In this document: positions 24,158-26,147 of the stretch, in pieces
How the letters are laid out: the number at the start of each line of letters is the position of its first letter
Position numbering within the stretch: position 1 is the first letter of the stretch
Assembly (NCBI GenBank): GCA_031257215.1
Contig: JAIRPC010000011.1
Span: 1-26,147, forward strand
Length of the DNA: 26,147 bases
Source: Eubacteriales Family XIII. Incertae Sedis bacterium
Lineage (GTDB): Bacteria; Bacillota; Clostridia; Peptostreptococcales; Anaerovoracaceae
Direction of reading: 5' to 3'
Position numbers and translations under genes: made by a program
The notes under the pieces: generated by a model
What the model was told of the DNA's origin: nothing
The model's database searches: none
What the model saw: the letters and a program-made list of their open reading frames with translations, nothing else

Positions 24158-24505
24158 ATGATGAATGTTTTGCAAGCGGTAACACAGAAATACCTGAGAA
24201 ACGACATGCCGGAGATCCGCGTCGGCGATACGGTAAAGGTGCATATCAAGATCGTCGAGGGTTCGCGTGAGCGTATCCAGGTCTTTGAAGGGTTCGTCCT
24301 GAAAAAGCAGGGCGGCGGCATCGGCGAGACCTTTACGGTGCGCCGCATAGCGTCAGGCGTCGGAGTCGAAAAGACCTTCCCGATGCACTCGCCAAAGGTG
24401 GACAAGGTAGAGGTAGTGAAGCACGGATTCGTGCGCAGGGCAAAGCTCAACTACATGCGCCAGCGCACAGGCAAGGCGGCCAAGATCCGCGCCGAAAAGG
24501 AATAA
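24158..24505 (+). CDS. rplS: 50S ribosomal protein L19
   Basis: [51 protein letters not shown]. Confidence 0.98.
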   Translation: MMNVLQAVTQKYLRNDMPEIRVGDTVKVHIKIVEGSRERIQVFEGFVLKKQGGGIGETFTVRRIASGVGVEKTFPMHSPKVDKVEVVKHGFVRRAKLNYMRQRTGKAAKIRAEKE

Positions 24506-24533
24506 GGCATTGCGCCCCAAGCAAAATGAAAAG

Positions 24534-24564
24534 AAAAGCGGCAAGCCAAGGCGGCCGCTTTTTT
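24534..24564 (+). terminator. intrinsic terminator after rplS
   Basis: AAAAGCGGC...GCCGCTTTTTT. Confidence 0.8.
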
Positions 24565-24568
24565 GGTG

Positions 24569-24683
24569 GGATTGCTGGCGGCGCATAGATGGCGATACTC
24601 CTCTCGTCATTGCGGGCCGTCGCAAGCGCCGCCGCAATCCATATACCGCAGACAGGGAATGTGGCCGTTGATCGGCAATGGCG
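24569..24683. repeat. REP-like element, second copy
   Basis: 24603-24641 is identical to 15853-15891. GGATTGC-t-GGCGGCGC (24569-84) pairs with GCGCCGCC-GCAATCC (24626-40). Confidence 0.65.
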
Positions 24684-24711
24684 GTTTTTCTAGCACAGCC
24701 TCGCTTAGCTG

Positions 24712-24720
24712 TGCTACAAT
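24712..24720 (+). promoter_or_regulatory. extended -10 promoter for rbgA (TGC TACAAT)
   Basis: TACAAT at 24715-24720 ends 6 nt before the ATG at 24727. No SD sequence upstream. Confidence 0.5.
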
Positions 24721-24726
24721 ACTCTT

Positions 24727-25698
24727 ATGATTGAAAACATTAACTGGTATCCTGGGCATATGAAAAAGACGCGCGAGCTGATCGCTGCCAACCTGCGCCT
24801 TGTCGGCGCGGTTGTCGAGGTCTGCGACGCCCGCATACCCGTGTCCAGCCGCAACCCCATCATAGACGAGCTGACCAAGGGCAAGCCGCGTATCGTCGTG
24901 CTGAACAAAGCCGACCTTGCCGACGAGCGCGAGACAGGGGCGTGGACAGCACGGCTGTCCGGACGCGGCGCGGACGGCGGGCGCGAGGGCTGCGGCTCTA
25001 TATCGGCGGTCGCGCTCAACGCGCAGAGCGGGCAGGGAATGAAGAAGCTGCTCGCGGCGCTCGGCGGCATCGCGGCTTCCCGCGTCGGCAACGCGGCGGC
25101 GGGCTCGCTGGGCGTCATGGTGGTCGGAGTGCCCAATTCAGGTAAATCATCCCTGATTAACAGGCTGACAGGCCGCAGGGCGGCGCAGACAGGTGACCGC
25201 CCGGGCGTGACCAAGGGCAAGCAATGGCTGACCTTGGAAAACGGCATGCGCCTGTTGGACACGCCGGGCATACTCTGGCCGAAATTCGAAGATCCGAACG
25301 TCGGGATGAACCTCGCGTTCTGCGGCTCGATAAAGGACGAGATAATGGACGCGCCCACCCTCGCGCTCGAACTGATACGCACATTGGGCGAGCTGTACCC
25401 AAGCGCGCTGGCGGAGCGTTACGGGCTTGCGGCGGCACGCGGGGGCGAGCCGCCCGCGGACTCTGCGGATGGTGGCGGGGCAGGCTCCGAATACGGCAGC
25501 GGCGCGGATTCCGCATGGGATGGCGGGACAGACCCCGCGCTCGCCCTCATGGAAGCGATAGCGGCGAAGCGCGGCTGTATACTGCCAGGGAAGCGCGTGG
25601 ACTACGAGCGGGCAGGGCGCATGATAGTCGGTGAGTTCCGCGAGGGAAAGCTCGGCCGCGTAACGCTTGAAAAGGCGGGGCAGGGGAGCGGGCTATGA
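24727..25698 (+). CDS. rbgA: ribosome biogenesis GTPase RbgA (YlqF)
   Basis: [25 protein letters not shown] (G4), GVPNSGKSS (G1), [21 protein letters not shown] (circularly permuted GTPase). Confidence 0.97.
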   Translation: MIENINWYPGHMKKTRELIAANLRLVGAVVEVCDARIPVSSRNPIIDELTKGKPRIVVLNKADLADERETGAWTARLSGRGADGGREGCGSISAVALNAQSGQGMKKLLAALGGIAASRVGNAAAGSLGVMVVGVPNSGKSSLINRLTGRRAAQTGDRPGVTKGKQWLTLENGMRLLDTPGILWPKFEDPNVGMNLAFCGSIKDEIMDAPTLALELIRTLGELYPSALAERYGLAAARGGEPPADSADGGGAGSEYGSGADSAWDGGTDPALALMEAIAAKRGCILPGKRVDYERAGRMIVGEFREGKLGRVTLEKAGQGSGL

Positions 25699-26147
25699 GC
25701 GAGGCAAAGGAACCCATCCAGGGCACTGCGGCAAGCAGGAAAATCAGCAGGGAGGAAAAGCTACGTGCGCGGCTTGCCGAGATGCGCCAGTTCGAGCGCG
25801 GGCTTCTCGCGGGTAGCGCCGCCGCCCCCGGCGCAGACCGCATAGGCGAAAGTCCCGCTGCGGCGGGCGGGGCTGTGAATATAGCGGGTGTGGACGAGGT
25901 GGGGCGCGGCCCGCTGGCGGGTCCGGTATGCGCGGCGTGCGTCGTGCTGCCGCCGGATTTCGCGGTGCTGGGCGTGGACGATTCCAAGAAGCTCTCCGAG
26001 AAAAGACGCGAGCTTCTCTATGGCGAGATAACGGCGGCGGCAGTCGCGTGGGGCGTAGGGCTGGTGGACAACCGCCGCATCGACGCCATAAATATCCTGA
26101 ACGCCACCAAGGAGGCCATGGCGGCGGCAGTCCGCGAGGCGGGCAGG
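25695..26147 (+). CDS. rnhB: ribonuclease HII, runs off the window end
   Basis: ATGA overlap with the rbgA stop. My translation gives [30 protein letters not shown] and [10 protein letters not shown]. Not in the ORF track because no stop lies in the window. Confidence 0.95.
   Translation, partial: MSEAKEPIQGTAASRKISREEKLRARLAEMRQFERGLLAGSAAAPGADRIGESPAAAGGAVNIAGVDEVGRGPLAGPVCAACVVLPPDFAVLGVDDSKKLSEKRRELLYGEITAAAVAWGVGLVDNRRIDAINILNATKEAMAAAVREAGR

Overview
GC-rich Bacillota (Clostridia-like) chromosomal window. The taxon is inferred from the rplS-rbgA-rnhB order and sigmaA-type promoters. Left end: 3' fragment of a class II glutamine amidotransferase-like gene, a glutamate-cysteine ligase family gene, a convergent C39-like Cys peptidase and a four-gene Opp/Dpp-type ABC importer. 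Centre (7.6-23.9 kb): an accessory array of secreted proteins. Four paralogues share an unusual tandem thioredoxin-like N-terminal region with one Cys (CxxT/S); two of them are fused to M1 zinc aminopeptidases. Two smaller proteins share an EDCDxxGYDDHT..VPWxG.FDGT motif, and a TcyP-like amino acid:cation symporter sits in the same cluster. One interrupted palindrome (TATAACATA-N9-TATGTTATA) lies just downstream of four promoters, linking the ABC importer to the surface-protein array as a probable regulon. The two peptidase genes also share a structured ~150-nt 5' leader with a compensatory base change. Right end: housekeeping rplS, rbgA and a partial rnhB, plus REP-like and tandem repeats. 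All domain calls come from motif recognition by eye; no database search or folding program was run.
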